Shown one piece after another: positions 35,445-43,919 of a stretch of DNA of 50,198 nt. Every line of letters begins with the position of its first letter. Position 1 is the first letter of the stretch. Where the stretch lies: the NCBI GenBank assembly GCA_964545425.1, contig CAZJGQ010000002.1:1-50198 (forward strand), read 5' to 3'. This DNA is from an uncultured Chthoniobacter sp. (GTDB taxonomy: Bacteria; Verrucomicrobiota; Verrucomicrobiia; Chthoniobacterales; JACTMZ01). The notes beneath the pieces were generated by a model. The model was not told the DNA's origin and searched no databases. It saw nothing but the letters and a program-made list of their open reading frames with translations. A program made the translations under genes and the position numbers.

Positions 35445-35554
35445 GGAGCGGAGGGCGGCGAGGCCGCCGTGGCGGGTAAAAGGTGGCCAGTGGCCAGAGG
35501 GCGGAATCCGGTTTGCGAATAAGATTCGGACGCGCTAACGTTGCGGATAAGCCG

Positions 35555-35782
35555 ATGGACTACTCGAAAATCATCACGATCGAGCCTGGGAAGCGCTCGG
35601 GCAAACCGTGCATCCGCGGTTTGCGCATTACCGTGCATGATGTGCTCGAGTATCTCGCTTCGGGCATGTCGCACGAGGATATCCTCCGCGACTTCCCCTA
35701 TCTGACAGAGGAAGACATCCGGGCTTGCCTCGCTTACGCCGCCGACGCCGGGCGCCGCACGGCCCACGCCGTCGCTGCGTGA
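35555..35782 (+). CDS. DUF433 antitoxin-like protein
   Basis: GKRSGKPCIRGLRITVHDVLEYLASGMSHEDILRDFPYLTEEDIRACLAYA. Confidence 0.85.
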   Translation: MDYSKIITIEPGKRSGKPCIRGLRITVHDVLEYLASGMSHEDILRDFPYLTEEDIRACLAYAADAGRRTAHAVAA

Positions 35783-36111
35783 AACTGCTCTACGACGAGA
35801 ATCTTTCCCCAGCGCTCGTTGCGCAGTTGGCAGACTCATACCGCGGATCCGCCCACGTGGATGATCTGGGCTTGGGTCGGGCAGACGATCGCCAAGTCTG
35901 GAAACATGCCAAGGACAACGGATTCTGCATCGTCTCAAAGGACTCCGACTACTACGACTTGAGCGTGCTTCACGGTCACCCGCCGAAAGTCATCTGGTTG
36001 CGGTCGGGCAACTGCACCACGCGGGAAATCTTCGAGTGCTTGCGGAACTATCGGGCAACGGTCGAGGAATTCGGGGCTGATGCCGGTGAGTCTGTGCTGC
36101 TGATTCCCTAA
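35779..36111 (+). CDS. DUF5615 (Mut7-C/PIN-like) toxin-like protein
   Basis: The GTG start overlaps the DUF433 stop (GTGA). KLLYDENLSPALVAQL..VWKHAKDNGFCIVSKDSDY. Confidence 0.8.
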   Translation: MKLLYDENLSPALVAQLADSYRGSAHVDDLGLGRADDRQVWKHAKDNGFCIVSKDSDYYDLSVLHGHPPKVIWLRSGNCTTREIFECLRNYRATVEEFGADAGESVLLIP

Positions 36112-36308
36112 CGCTCGCTAGACAATCGGAGACGGCAGAGGATCGAACGGTGATTTTGATGGGAATTTCGCGGTTTATGACACGCGGGAGGGCCGAATTT
36201 GCTCGACTTTACCGGGTATTCCTGACACCCTCTTTCGCATGATTCAGCAACTCCTCTGCCCCGGCCGCGGGGCGGTCTTCATAAGAAGGGTCCAAATGAC
36301 CCTGATTT

Positions 36309-36554
36309 ATGAAGACATCCAATCCTGACCACAATCTGTGGGACAATAATGGCACTTACTGGTGCCGCTTCACCGTCCACTACCCGGACTACACCAAGGG
36401 CCGCGTGGCCAAGTCGTTGCACACGCGGGACTTGGCCGAGGCCCGTCGCCGCCGCGACCACATCATGAAGTCCACCCCGGGAGCCGTCTTCCCGGTGGTG
36501 GTGAACCTGCCCTCGCCCGAGATGAGCCGCATGCACTTTGCCGAGGCGGCATGA
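36309..36554 (+). CDS. Small protein with an integrase Arm/DUF4102-like motif (paralog B)
   Basis: NLWDNNGTYWCRFTVHYPDYTKGRVAKSLHTRDLAEARRRRDHI..HFAEAA*. Confidence 0.5.
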   Translation: MKTSNPDHNLWDNNGTYWCRFTVHYPDYTKGRVAKSLHTRDLAEARRRRDHIMKSTPGAVFPVVVNLPSPEMSRMHFAEAA

Positions 36555-36712
36555 GCCTGTCATGGACCTTTTCGTTACCATTCTTGTGGCTTGGATCCGC
36601 GGCGGCTTGATCGCCGCCAACGGTGTGCTCTTCGGGAAATACCTGGAGATCTACCACGGTTGTCCCCAACCGGTGTGGGCTTGGGGATCTGCCGCCATCG
36701 GAGCTTGGGCTT

Positions 36713-37075
36713 TCAGAGCCGAGTGGAGGCGCTTGCGCGCCCGGCGTCGCGAACGGGTCTCGCATAAAAGCGGTCCGGGTGCGAGCCGAGATAAACAAGA
36801 GTAACGGGACAGAGGGCGCCTTGGCGGTCTTTGTATCGGTAAAGAGCCCAGTCGTCGCCCGTGTCCTCGACTTTGCAGATCTCGACCATGTCGGGATGGG
36901 TGCGCTGGAGTCCGAATTCCACCACGACAGGTTTCCCCGCCGTCGGGAACCCGAACTCCTCGAGGATAAAGTCGATCAATTCGGTCGAACCGTCGACGAA
37001 CGGCTCGCGCTCGATGCCGTGCGCGGCATCGTCGAACATCCAGACCCCGTGGTCTTTGTAGAGCGTCAGGCGCAT
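36713..37075 (-). CDS. Small conserved hypothetical protein (recalled as DUF6717-like, unverified)
   Basis: Start placed at Met 37075: MRLTLYKDHGVWMFDDAAHGIEREPFVDGSTELIDFIL..GALCPVTLVYLGSHPDRFYA. The upstream part of the tracked ORF is Pro/Thr/Ser-rich and non-genic looking. Confidence 0.55.
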   Translation of the reverse strand: MRLTLYKDHGVWMFDDAAHGIEREPFVDGSTELIDFILEEFGFPTAGKPVVVEFGLQRTHPDMVEICKVEDTGDDWALYRYKDRQGALCPVTLVYLGSHPDRFYARPVRDAGRASASTRL

Positions 37076-37116
37076 GGAGGATGGGGAGGGCATGGGTGAG
37101 GAGGTGGCGGGTGGCT

Positions 37117-37255
37117 GGTTAAAGGTGAAAAGTGGGAACGTAAAAGGGCCCGGTTGGCAGGGGTCAGGTTGGTAAGAGATGGAGATGGGTTGAAGGTAAG
37201 AAGGTAAAAAGTGGGAATGTGAAATGGTCACGTCGGTAGTGGTCAGGCTGGCAGG
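37117..37255 (+). repeat. Two ~55-60-nt purine-rich direct repeats (period ~78 nt)
   Basis: AAGGTGAAAAGTGGGAACGTAAAAGGGCC..GGTCAGGTTGG aligns with AAGGTAAAAAGTGGGAATGTGAAATGGTC..GGTCAGGCTGG. Confidence 0.7.
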
Positions 37256-37376
37256 AAATAGTAGCCGGAAGCCGATCGTGCGGCGAGGCGGCAGGGTGTC
37301 ATAAGCAGATAGCGGGCAGTCGACAGTTTGAAGTCGGGCGTAGGCAAGGAGCGGCGTGCGGCGAAAAAGCAGCGCC

Positions 37377-37808
37377 TCACTCAACCTCGATCAGCGGCAG
37401 GACGACCTTTTCGAAGTCGGCAAGTTTGACGATACGGATGCCGCGCCACGGATCGAGCACAAGAAGGTCCTCATCGCCGGTGACAATGGCGCGAGCACCG
37501 CTGGCCAGGGCCAGTTCAAGGAATTTATCGTCGTCGGGATCGCGGCAGTCACGCACCTCTTCACGCAGAGCTGCTGCCGGAAACAGCACTGCGGCTTTGC
37601 GCCAGGTCCGCAGGAGGCCCTCGCGAGTCCGCCGGGATACGTATCGATCCAACTTGGGTCGCATGAGCACGTCGGCCAATTCGTCATAGGTGGCCGCGGA
37701 GAAGATGAGCGGGATATTGCGCGCAAGCACCGCGCGGACACACAAGTCAGCCCGGCTTCCCGAGAGCAATGTAGCGCTGACGAGAATGTTGGTATCGAAG
37801 ATGACCAC
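37377..37808 (-). CDS. PIN-domain toxin
   Basis: MVIFDTNILVSATL..DPDDDKFLELALASGARAIVTGDEDLL. Confidence 0.85.
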   Translation of the reverse strand: MVIFDTNILVSATLLSGSRADLCVRAVLARNIPLIFSAATYDELADVLMRPKLDRYVSRRTREGLLRTWRKAAVLFPAAALREEVRDCRDPDDDKFLELALASGARAIVTGDEDLLVLDPWRGIRIVKLADFEKVVLPLIEVE

Positions 37809-37811
37809 CGG

Positions 37812-38069
37812 TCAGCCGGGATTCTCGGCGGCAAGCAGGCGATCCAGCGTTGCGGCAGTCAGACCGTTCTTACGCGCCTCGGCTTGGAGCTTGTCCATGG
37901 ACCGCGTGACTTTGCGATTCTGCGCTGAGACCAGATTGCGGTAGAGAGCCATAGGCAAGAAGACTCCGAGGTCGCGCTGATGGCGCCTGATGACGACGGG
38001 CTCTTGGATGCCGTAATCGAGGAATTGACCGAAATTTTGCCGGGCTTCAGAGGCGGTCATGGCTTTCAT
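37812..38069 (-). CDS. Phd/YefM-family antitoxin
   Basis: The internal Met at 38069 gives MKAMTASEARQNFGQFLDYGIQEPVVIRRHQRDLGVFLPMALYRNL. It ends 3 nt before the PIN start. Confidence 0.75.
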   Translation of the reverse strand: MKAMTASEARQNFGQFLDYGIQEPVVIRRHQRDLGVFLPMALYRNLVSAQNRKVTRSMDKLQAEARKNGLTAATLDRLLAAENPG

Positions 38070-38137
38070 ACGAATGACCTTACGACAAATTGCACAAAAT
38101 GTCAAAAATTCGACCGAAGCCCGGTTGCCGATTCCGA

Positions 38138-39235
38138 TCACGCGGCGAAGCCGACCAAGCGCGGAGTTTCTTCATGAACCCCGGCACCGGCGAAGACCTC
38201 GGCCAGAGAGTAGTCGTCAGCGGGCTCCAGACTTTTGCCCAGATGGGCGGCCAGGCGGTCGGCTTGCGCGGCGGAGAGGCGCCCGAAGTTGCGGTGGGCG
38301 ACGAGGCGACCCGGACGCAACAAGGCGGGATCCAAGCGCGACGAAGGACAGTTGATCGTGCAGATGACATGCGTGCGCAGGAAATCGGCGAACATGCCGT
38401 CGGTAATGTTGAGGATGGCGCTGACCTGCGAGCGGTTGTCGTTGGCGCGGGTCATCAGTGCGGCTTCGCAATCTTCGAGGATGACGACAAAGCGTTTCTT
38501 GCGTCCGTGACGCTCATTCTCGTCGACCCAGAAGTCGACGAGTTCGGTTTGGACGAGGCAGCTGAGGGAACTCGGCGGTAGGTAGTAGAAACGATGGGTA
38601 TCTTTCAGCTTGGCCATGAGCAGACGTAGATAGGTCGTTTTGCCCGTGCCCGGAGGGCCCTCGATGAGTGAGAGGCCGGACTTTTTCCCGACGATGGTGT
38701 CGATGAAGTTGTTGTGCCACGCGGGGAAGCCCTCGCCGTAGAACAAATCGAGATTCCCTTCGGCCGGCAGTCCGTCGGTCGCGATCTCGACGCGTTCGGC
38801 GCGAAGCATGCCGTAGGAGCTGTTGATGATGTGGAAGGTCGGGACAACTTCGCCGGGTGCGGAGAGATACTGCGCGGCGAAAGAACGCAGTCTGTCCTCG
38901 GCCGCCGTCAGAGTCGGTGCGTAGACGATCAGGCTGCGGCGGCAGATATGGACGAACTCATGCGTGCCGAAGCGGAAGACGGCATTGGTCCACTTCTCCC
39001 AGTCGCGCGTTTTGTCGATGCTCTGCTCGCTGCGGAGAAGATGGGCGTTCAATTCACGCACGGCGCGGCCGGTCTGCCAGTCACCGTCGCGCGAGACGGT
39101 GTGGAACGGCTCGGTGCCGTAGGCGCAGATGACGTCGTGCGGGGGCACCTTGGTCGAGCAACCGTCCTGCCCGTAGGGCGATGGATCGCCGAGATTGATG
39201 TGACGGTGGATTTCGGGAGCGTTCATAAAGTTCAA
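38138..39235 (-). CDS. Classical AAA+ ATPase with an unknown ~150-aa N-terminal domain
   Basis: Walker A is IEGPPGTGKTTYL, Walker B is FVVILEDCE, and the SRH region is SRLDPALLRPGRL. The start is either TTG 39235 (TTGA overlap) or ATG 39226. Confidence 0.85.
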   Translation of the reverse strand: MNFMNAPEIHRHINLGDPSPYGQDGCSTKVPPHDVICAYGTEPFHTVSRDGDWQTGRAVRELNAHLLRSEQSIDKTRDWEKWTNAVFRFGTHEFVHICRRSLIVYAPTLTAAEDRLRSFAAQYLSAPGEVVPTFHIINSSYGMLRAERVEIATDGLPAEGNLDLFYGEGFPAWHNNFIDTIVGKKSGLSLIEGPPGTGKTTYLRLLMAKLKDTHRFYYLPPSSLSCLVQTELVDFWVDENERHGRKKRFVVILEDCEAALMTRANDNRSQVSAILNITDGMFADFLRTHVICTINCPSSRLDPALLRPGRLVAHRNFGRLSAAQADRLAAHLGKSLEPADDYSLAEVFAGAGVHEETPRLVGFAA

Positions 39236-40956
39236 GCGGCAGCACGCAGGCCGTAGAGGTCGGACATGAAGGAGGAAAGGATGCGGGTGACTTCAGCGCA
39301 GAGATCGGAAGGGTCGAGCCCGCCACGTCCGCAGGGGAACCATTCGGTAATGCCTTCGGTCTGCGGACCGAGTCCGAGTCCGGTGGCGCGGACCGAACTG
39401 CGATGCCAGCGTGCCACGATGCGATCGAAGCCCTCGCGCTCATCGCGAGGGAAATCCCCGTCGGCCGTCACGATGACCAGATGTTCGCGGCGCGGGCTGC
39501 GCTGGATGACTTCGTCCGCTTTCTCCAGGGCGGGGACGATGCGTGTGCCTCCGTCGGCTTGCAGGATGGTCTCCAGTCGGCGGGCCGCGGCCCGACTCGA
39601 ACCGTCGCCGTCGAACTCGAGCAGAACCGTGGCGCGACGGTTGTAACAGAGCACAGCCAGGGGAAGGCCGACGCGGCGGCAGACTTCGTTGAGGATAACC
39701 GCCGCCGCGAAGGAAGCTTTGGCGCGCGCGCCTTCCATCGAGCTGGAACGATCGGCGATAAGCACAAGAGCTGGGGCGATGCGATGGGGTAACTGGCGGC
39801 GGCGCCACATGCGATCGTGGTTGCGACCCGTGGCGGCAAACTCCATGGCCACGCGCAAATCGGGTTCGTGTCCATGGGCGTAACCGGTCGACCACTTGAG
39901 GCGTCCGTGCGAGCGCTGCAGATCGAGGAGAGCATCGCTCAGGTGGTTGATGACCACCGCATGTTTGCTGCGGGCTTCACGGTAAGCTTCACCCGATCCC
40001 GGACTTCCGTCGCTACCGCCGACCTGACCTGCAGCACGGCGGCGGGCGCTGCGGCGTTGCTCGATGCGACGCTGCATGGCGCGGAAGTCACGCACGGCCT
40101 CGCGCTCGTTGCTGTTCGATGGCTCGGGTCCGCGATCCCACATGAGGCGGTGCATGAATTGATGGAACCGCAGCGTGCTGCGTGTTCCGAGGTCCATGGA
40201 AACCAAGCGCAGGAAAACGGGACGAATCTTGTCGTGCAAGATGCGCCAGGCGCGGTATTGGGCGAGGCGCACCGACATTTCCACCGCGTCGGGACGGATC
40301 GGCCCGTCATGCGCGGCGAAGCACGGAGGCAAGGGACTGGCCGCGTATTCGGCGGCGATCTCCGCCCCGTGTCCCTCGAGCAGATCGAAACGGGGAAAAG
40401 AATCGAAGTAGGCTTCGATGTCGGGCGCGCTTTGGGCGAGTGCTTCGCAGGCCGCAGGATGCAATGGCGCGGGAGTGGCCAGTCCATGACGCATGAGGAG
40501 CAGACCCATGCAGAAATCGGCGGCGGGATTTTTCCCCATCACATCGGGATGGGAGCGATGCAACTCACACACGAGGGTGTTCTGCGTGGTGGCCAGCCAC
40601 GGGGCGCAACCGGGTAACCAGTCGGACAACCATGTCTCGATGCGGCCGTCCTCGATCGCGTTGATCAGGCTGAACTCGACGGGATTGTCGTGGATCTGGT
40701 CGGGGGCAATGCGGTGCAGACGGGTCAGGGTGGAATGCGCACACTCGTGCAACATGATGGCCGAGAGGAATTCCGGACTGCGTCCGAGCAAGTCGCGCTC
40801 GTCCACATTGATCGTCCCGTCGCGCATGCTGATCGACCAACCCGAGCCGGGGCGTCCAATGCGCACGGTGACATCGGCGCGCAACGAGGCCAGACGGGCC
40901 AGGCTTTCCAGCCCGGCCCGCACTTCTTCGCGAAGGTGCGCTTCGCGATTTTTCAT
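39232..40956 (-). CDS. HExxH putative metallopeptidase domain plus vWA (MIDAS) domain protein (DUF2201-like architecture)
   Basis: AIMLHECAHS and NAIEDGRIE at the N-terminus. VLIADRSSSMEG is a DxSxS MIDAS motif; also ADGGTRI and LVIVTADGDF. The ATG at 40956 overlaps the upstream stop (ATGA). Confidence 0.8.
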   Translation of the reverse strand: MKNREAHLREEVRAGLESLARLASLRADVTVRIGRPGSGWSISMRDGTINVDERDLLGRSPEFLSAIMLHECAHSTLTRLHRIAPDQIHDNPVEFSLINAIEDGRIETWLSDWLPGCAPWLATTQNTLVCELHRSHPDVMGKNPAADFCMGLLLMRHGLATPAPLHPAACEALAQSAPDIEAYFDSFPRFDLLEGHGAEIAAEYAASPLPPCFAAHDGPIRPDAVEMSVRLAQYRAWRILHDKIRPVFLRLVSMDLGTRSTLRFHQFMHRLMWDRGPEPSNSNEREAVRDFRAMQRRIEQRRSARRRAAGQVGGSDGSPGSGEAYREARSKHAVVINHLSDALLDLQRSHGRLKWSTGYAHGHEPDLRVAMEFAATGRNHDRMWRRRQLPHRIAPALVLIADRSSSMEGARAKASFAAAVILNEVCRRVGLPLAVLCYNRRATVLLEFDGDGSSRAAARRLETILQADGGTRIVPALEKADEVIQRSPRREHLVIVTADGDFPRDEREGFDRIVARWHRSSVRATGLGLGPQTEGITEWFPCGRGGLDPSDLCAEVTRILSSFMSDLYGLRAAA

Positions 40957-42338
40957 GCTGCGTCCTTCCATTGGCGGATGAGACCGCAGGCTTCGGCCAT
41001 GCGGATAACCGCGCGTTCGTCGGAGGCATCGTCGAGTTGTCCAAGGTAGACATCGCCGATCGCGGTGCGCAGCGCGGTGTCGGGATCGGTGCCGGCGCGC
41101 AGGGCGCGATCAAGCATGGAGACGAGGAAGAGAAGACTGCGGCGGTTGAAGCAGTAACGCTCCGAGCGATCGCGTCCGAGGCTGGCTTCGCCTCCGCCTT
41201 GGCCCGCGGCCTTGGCCACGTGGTTGTGGAACTTGGCCAACGCGGCGAGGAAGGTGTCGGCATCGGGCCATTGCGCGATCGAAGCGTGCACGGGCTGAGC
41301 GTTGTCCGCCTGCCAGCGGCGACCGGCCAAGGTGACCACGGGCTGTGTGCCGTGAACCAGACGGCGCAAAAGATCGAGATCTTGTTGCAGCCCGGGGGCT
41401 TTGGCGCAGTGCACGTGGAAACGTGAACGCAAGGCGGGGCTCAAGGCATTGCGACCCGTGTAGGCCGCAGGATTGTAAGTCGCGATAACGCGGAAGTTGT
41501 CGTGGATCGTCACGCCGCCGTGTCCGCCGAAGACCGTGCCGTCGTTCTCGGAGAGAATGAGCGTGGGCGGGTGCTCGAGGACGGGATTGAGGCGCTCGAC
41601 GCACTGCGGTTCGGCAAGATTGATTTCATCGAGGAGGACCCATTCGCCGTGGCGCATGGCTTGGGGCAACACGCTCTCGACAAAACGGAATCCGCCTTCG
41701 GGTGCGGGTGCGAAGCGTCCGACCAATTCCCCCGCATCGGTCGCGCCGTTGAGATTGAGGCGGCGCACGCCTTGGCGCAGGAGATGCGCGAGGTAGAGAA
41801 CGGCGGTGGTTTTGGCTGCGGCGGTCTCGCCTTCCAGCGCGACAGGACGCCCGTGCACCACGCCGACGGCGATGGCGCGCATGGTTTCGGCCAAGGGTTG
41901 GTCGATGACTAAGTGGGCGAATTGCGCGGCGGGGGGGACAAGCGATGACGCGTGTTTGTTTTTCGGCAGGACGAGTCCGGCCAAGGTCACGCTGTCATCG
42001 TCCTCGACGAAGAGCGGCTCGGGATCGGGTTCGCGCACCGGGGGCGCGACAACGGTGACGGCTGCGGTTTCGGACGGACGCGAGGCTTTCAGCTCGCGCA
42101 AGGTCATGGCCTTGCCGGTCATCGCGCTGATCTGGCGCAATTCGTTTTTGGCCACGCCTTCGCCGACCAAGGCCAGATTGGCCACGCGGGTCGAGGAGAC
42201 GATGCGGTAACCGCGCTCGCGCAACCATGCGGAGGCCTCGGCTTTTTCCTCCTCCGCCATATGGGTCAGCACGACCGCCTCGCGGGGGCGGGCGGACGCA
42301 GGCGGGGCGTCGGTGGCGAAGAGATCGGGTGCTTTCAC
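40953..42338 (-). CDS. MoxR/AAA_5-like ATPase with a deviant Walker A and an N-terminal BRCT-like module
   Basis: ALEGETAAAKTTAVLYLA has the P-loop glycines replaced by Ala. Walker B is WVLLDEINLA; also FRVIATYNP and SPALRSRF. The N-terminus is VVLTHMAEEEKAEASAWLRERGYRIVSS..LALVGEG. Confidence 0.75.
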   Translation of the reverse strand: MKAPDLFATDAPPASARPREAVVLTHMAEEEKAEASAWLRERGYRIVSSTRVANLALVGEGVAKNELRQISAMTGKAMTLRELKASRPSETAAVTVVAPPVREPDPEPLFVEDDDSVTLAGLVLPKNKHASSLVPPAAQFAHLVIDQPLAETMRAIAVGVVHGRPVALEGETAAAKTTAVLYLAHLLRQGVRRLNLNGATDAGELVGRFAPAPEGGFRFVESVLPQAMRHGEWVLLDEINLAEPQCVERLNPVLEHPPTLILSENDGTVFGGHGGVTIHDNFRVIATYNPAAYTGRNALSPALRSRFHVHCAKAPGLQQDLDLLRRLVHGTQPVVTLAGRRWQADNAQPVHASIAQWPDADTFLAALAKFHNHVAKAAGQGGGEASLGRDRSERYCFNRRSLLFLVSMLDRALRAGTDPDTALRTAIGDVYLGQLDDASDERAVIRMAEACGLIRQWKDAA

Positions 42339-42340
42339 GT

Positions 42341-42730
42341 TCAGGCGGCTTTTTTGACGGCGGTTTCGGCTTCGAGGTTGTGCACCGCCGAGAGGATGCG
42401 CTCCTGCAGGTCGGGCAGGTTGGAGAGGATGTGATGGACCACCTGATCGTCGAGTTCCAGGGAGTCCAGACCCTTGAAGGCCGCGAGCAGATCGAGGGCC
42501 TCGCCGGGCAGGGCGTCCTTGAGGAACTCCCAGCCGATGGCCGTGGCCGGCTGCATGGCCGTGAAGGAGATCCAGCCCTTGAGGGCGCCGTCGGGACCAC
42601 GGACACGGTAGGTCGAGTCCGAGCAGTCCACCTGGCCGATGGTGTAGGTGGTGGAGTGGTCGTAACCGTTCTCCTGATGGTCCTTGCGGAGGCGGACTTT
42701 CAGGCCGATGGGATAAGGATGGCTAAGCAT
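42341..42730 (-). CDS. hypothetical small protein, first gene of the MoxR-vWA cassette
   Basis: The ORF ends 2 nt before the GTG start of the MoxR-like gene. The start is ambiguous (42730, 42778 or 42799). No motif recognised. Confidence 0.45.
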   Translation of the reverse strand: MLSHPYPIGLKVRLRKDHQENGYDHSTTYTIGQVDCSDSTYRVRGPDGALKGWISFTAMQPATAIGWEFLKDALPGEALDLLAAFKGLDSLELDDQVVHHILSNLPDLQERILSAVHNLEAETAVKKAA

Positions 42731-42852
42731 AAGAGGTCTTTGATTGAGACGGACAGCATAGCCGTTTCTTAGACCCATTCCGAGCCAACAGGGTGTCATA
42801 AACGCGCTTTTCCGCGCGCCTCGGCGCCGTCGCTAAACCACACGCCTCGCTA

Positions 42853-43321
42853 TCAGGCGGTTACGGGACGCAACCTTCGCGGACGCGTGGGCATGGTCCC
42901 GCTGCGCCGCCCGCGCGACCGTTCTCGGGCAGTCGCCGTGTCGTGCTCCTCGAGCGGTTTGAAACGGGCGATATCCCAACTGATTTCTTTGGAGGATCCG
43001 GGTAAACGACCGGGAATTTCCATGAGGGCAAGGCCCGGGCCGATCGCTCCCGTGATCTGGTGGCGCGTGCGGAAGCGGATTTCACGGATCGTGTAAATCT
43101 GTCCGTCGAGGGGGACTTCGTTGACGAGTTGACTCGTTCGCTAGCGCTCGTCTCGCCCTTGCGGGTCCCGCGTGCGCGGGATCTGCCCCGAGCGCACATG
43201 CGCTCCGGTGCTCCCGCCTAGCAGGTGGGTCGGAAGTTACGTGAGGATCTCCAAAATGAAGCACGAGGTCGGTCTTGCCATCGATGCAGAGAACGCGCTG
43301 ACCTGTCGAATAGCTGCTCAT
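42853..43321 (-). pseudogene. Possible frameshifted small gene
   Basis: The N-terminal part MSSYSTGQRVLCIDGKTDLVLHFGD is in one frame. A plausible C-terminal part, VNEVPLDGQIYTIREIRF..GLALMEIPG..WDIARFKPLEE, is in another frame that ends at TGA 42853 and has no start codon. Confidence 0.3.
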
Positions 43322-43325
43322 GGAC

Positions 43326-43919
43326 TCAAAAGAACCAGTTCATCCAAGAATCCTGGAACGCGACCGGAAGACCCTGCTGCCGACAGACACGGATGGTATG
43401 TCCCGTGCCGCCGGCTTCGGGATCGGAGAGGTCAACGTAGAACAAACCGCACACGGGCGGACCGAACTCCTCGGAGTAGCCGATCACCTTCATGGTATCG
43501 CGGATGAGATAGGAGGCTTTGGCCGCCAGCTTGGGTGAACCGGTGCGCTTGTAGACCACATTGGCGTTGCGTGGAGTCGCAGCCACCGTGGCTTCGGTGA
43601 TGGCCGCTTCCTTAACCTTGGATAGAGATTCGGGTGAAGAATAGAGTGCATCGGCATACCGCACCTTCATGCGATGCGAGGCGTAAGGTGCGATGACCTG
43701 CAAACGAGAGGCGTCGACCTCGGCCACCCCTGCGGCAAATGCCTCATCACTGCCCTCGGCATTGCCGGACCGGAATCGCAAGCAGACGAATTCCCGAGAC
43801 AAACGGTTGGCAAACCCACGCGCCAAGGAAGCGTCCCGTTCCGAGATCGCCCGACGTCCCTCGAGAAGAACGACAGGCGAATCGCCGACGGCGAGCTTTC
43901 GGAATTGTTCAAGAGTCAT
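43326..43919 (-). CDS. SLOG/DprA-like Rossmann-fold protein
   Basis: VVLLEGRRAIS..LRFRSGNAEGSDEAFAAGV..LQVIAPY..GGTGHTIRVCRQQGLPV parallels the DprA/SLOG layout. Confidence 0.6.
   Translation of the reverse strand: MTLEQFRKLAVGDSPVVLLEGRRAISERDASLARGFANRLSREFVCLRFRSGNAEGSDEAFAAGVAEVDASRLQVIAPYASHRMKVRYADALYSSPESLSKVKEAAITEATVAATPRNANVVYKRTGSPKLAAKASYLIRDTMKVIGYSEEFGPPVCGLFYVDLSDPEAGGTGHTIRVCRQQGLPVAFQDSWMNWFF

Noticed and set aside
36538-36804. 88-aa plus-strand ORF (from Met 36562: MDLFVTILVAWIRGGLIAANG..) as a possible small membrane protein
   Set aside because: It overlaps the 3' end of the better-supported minus-strand gene (36713-37075) by about 90 nt and has an Arg-rich tail. It cannot be supported from sequence alone.
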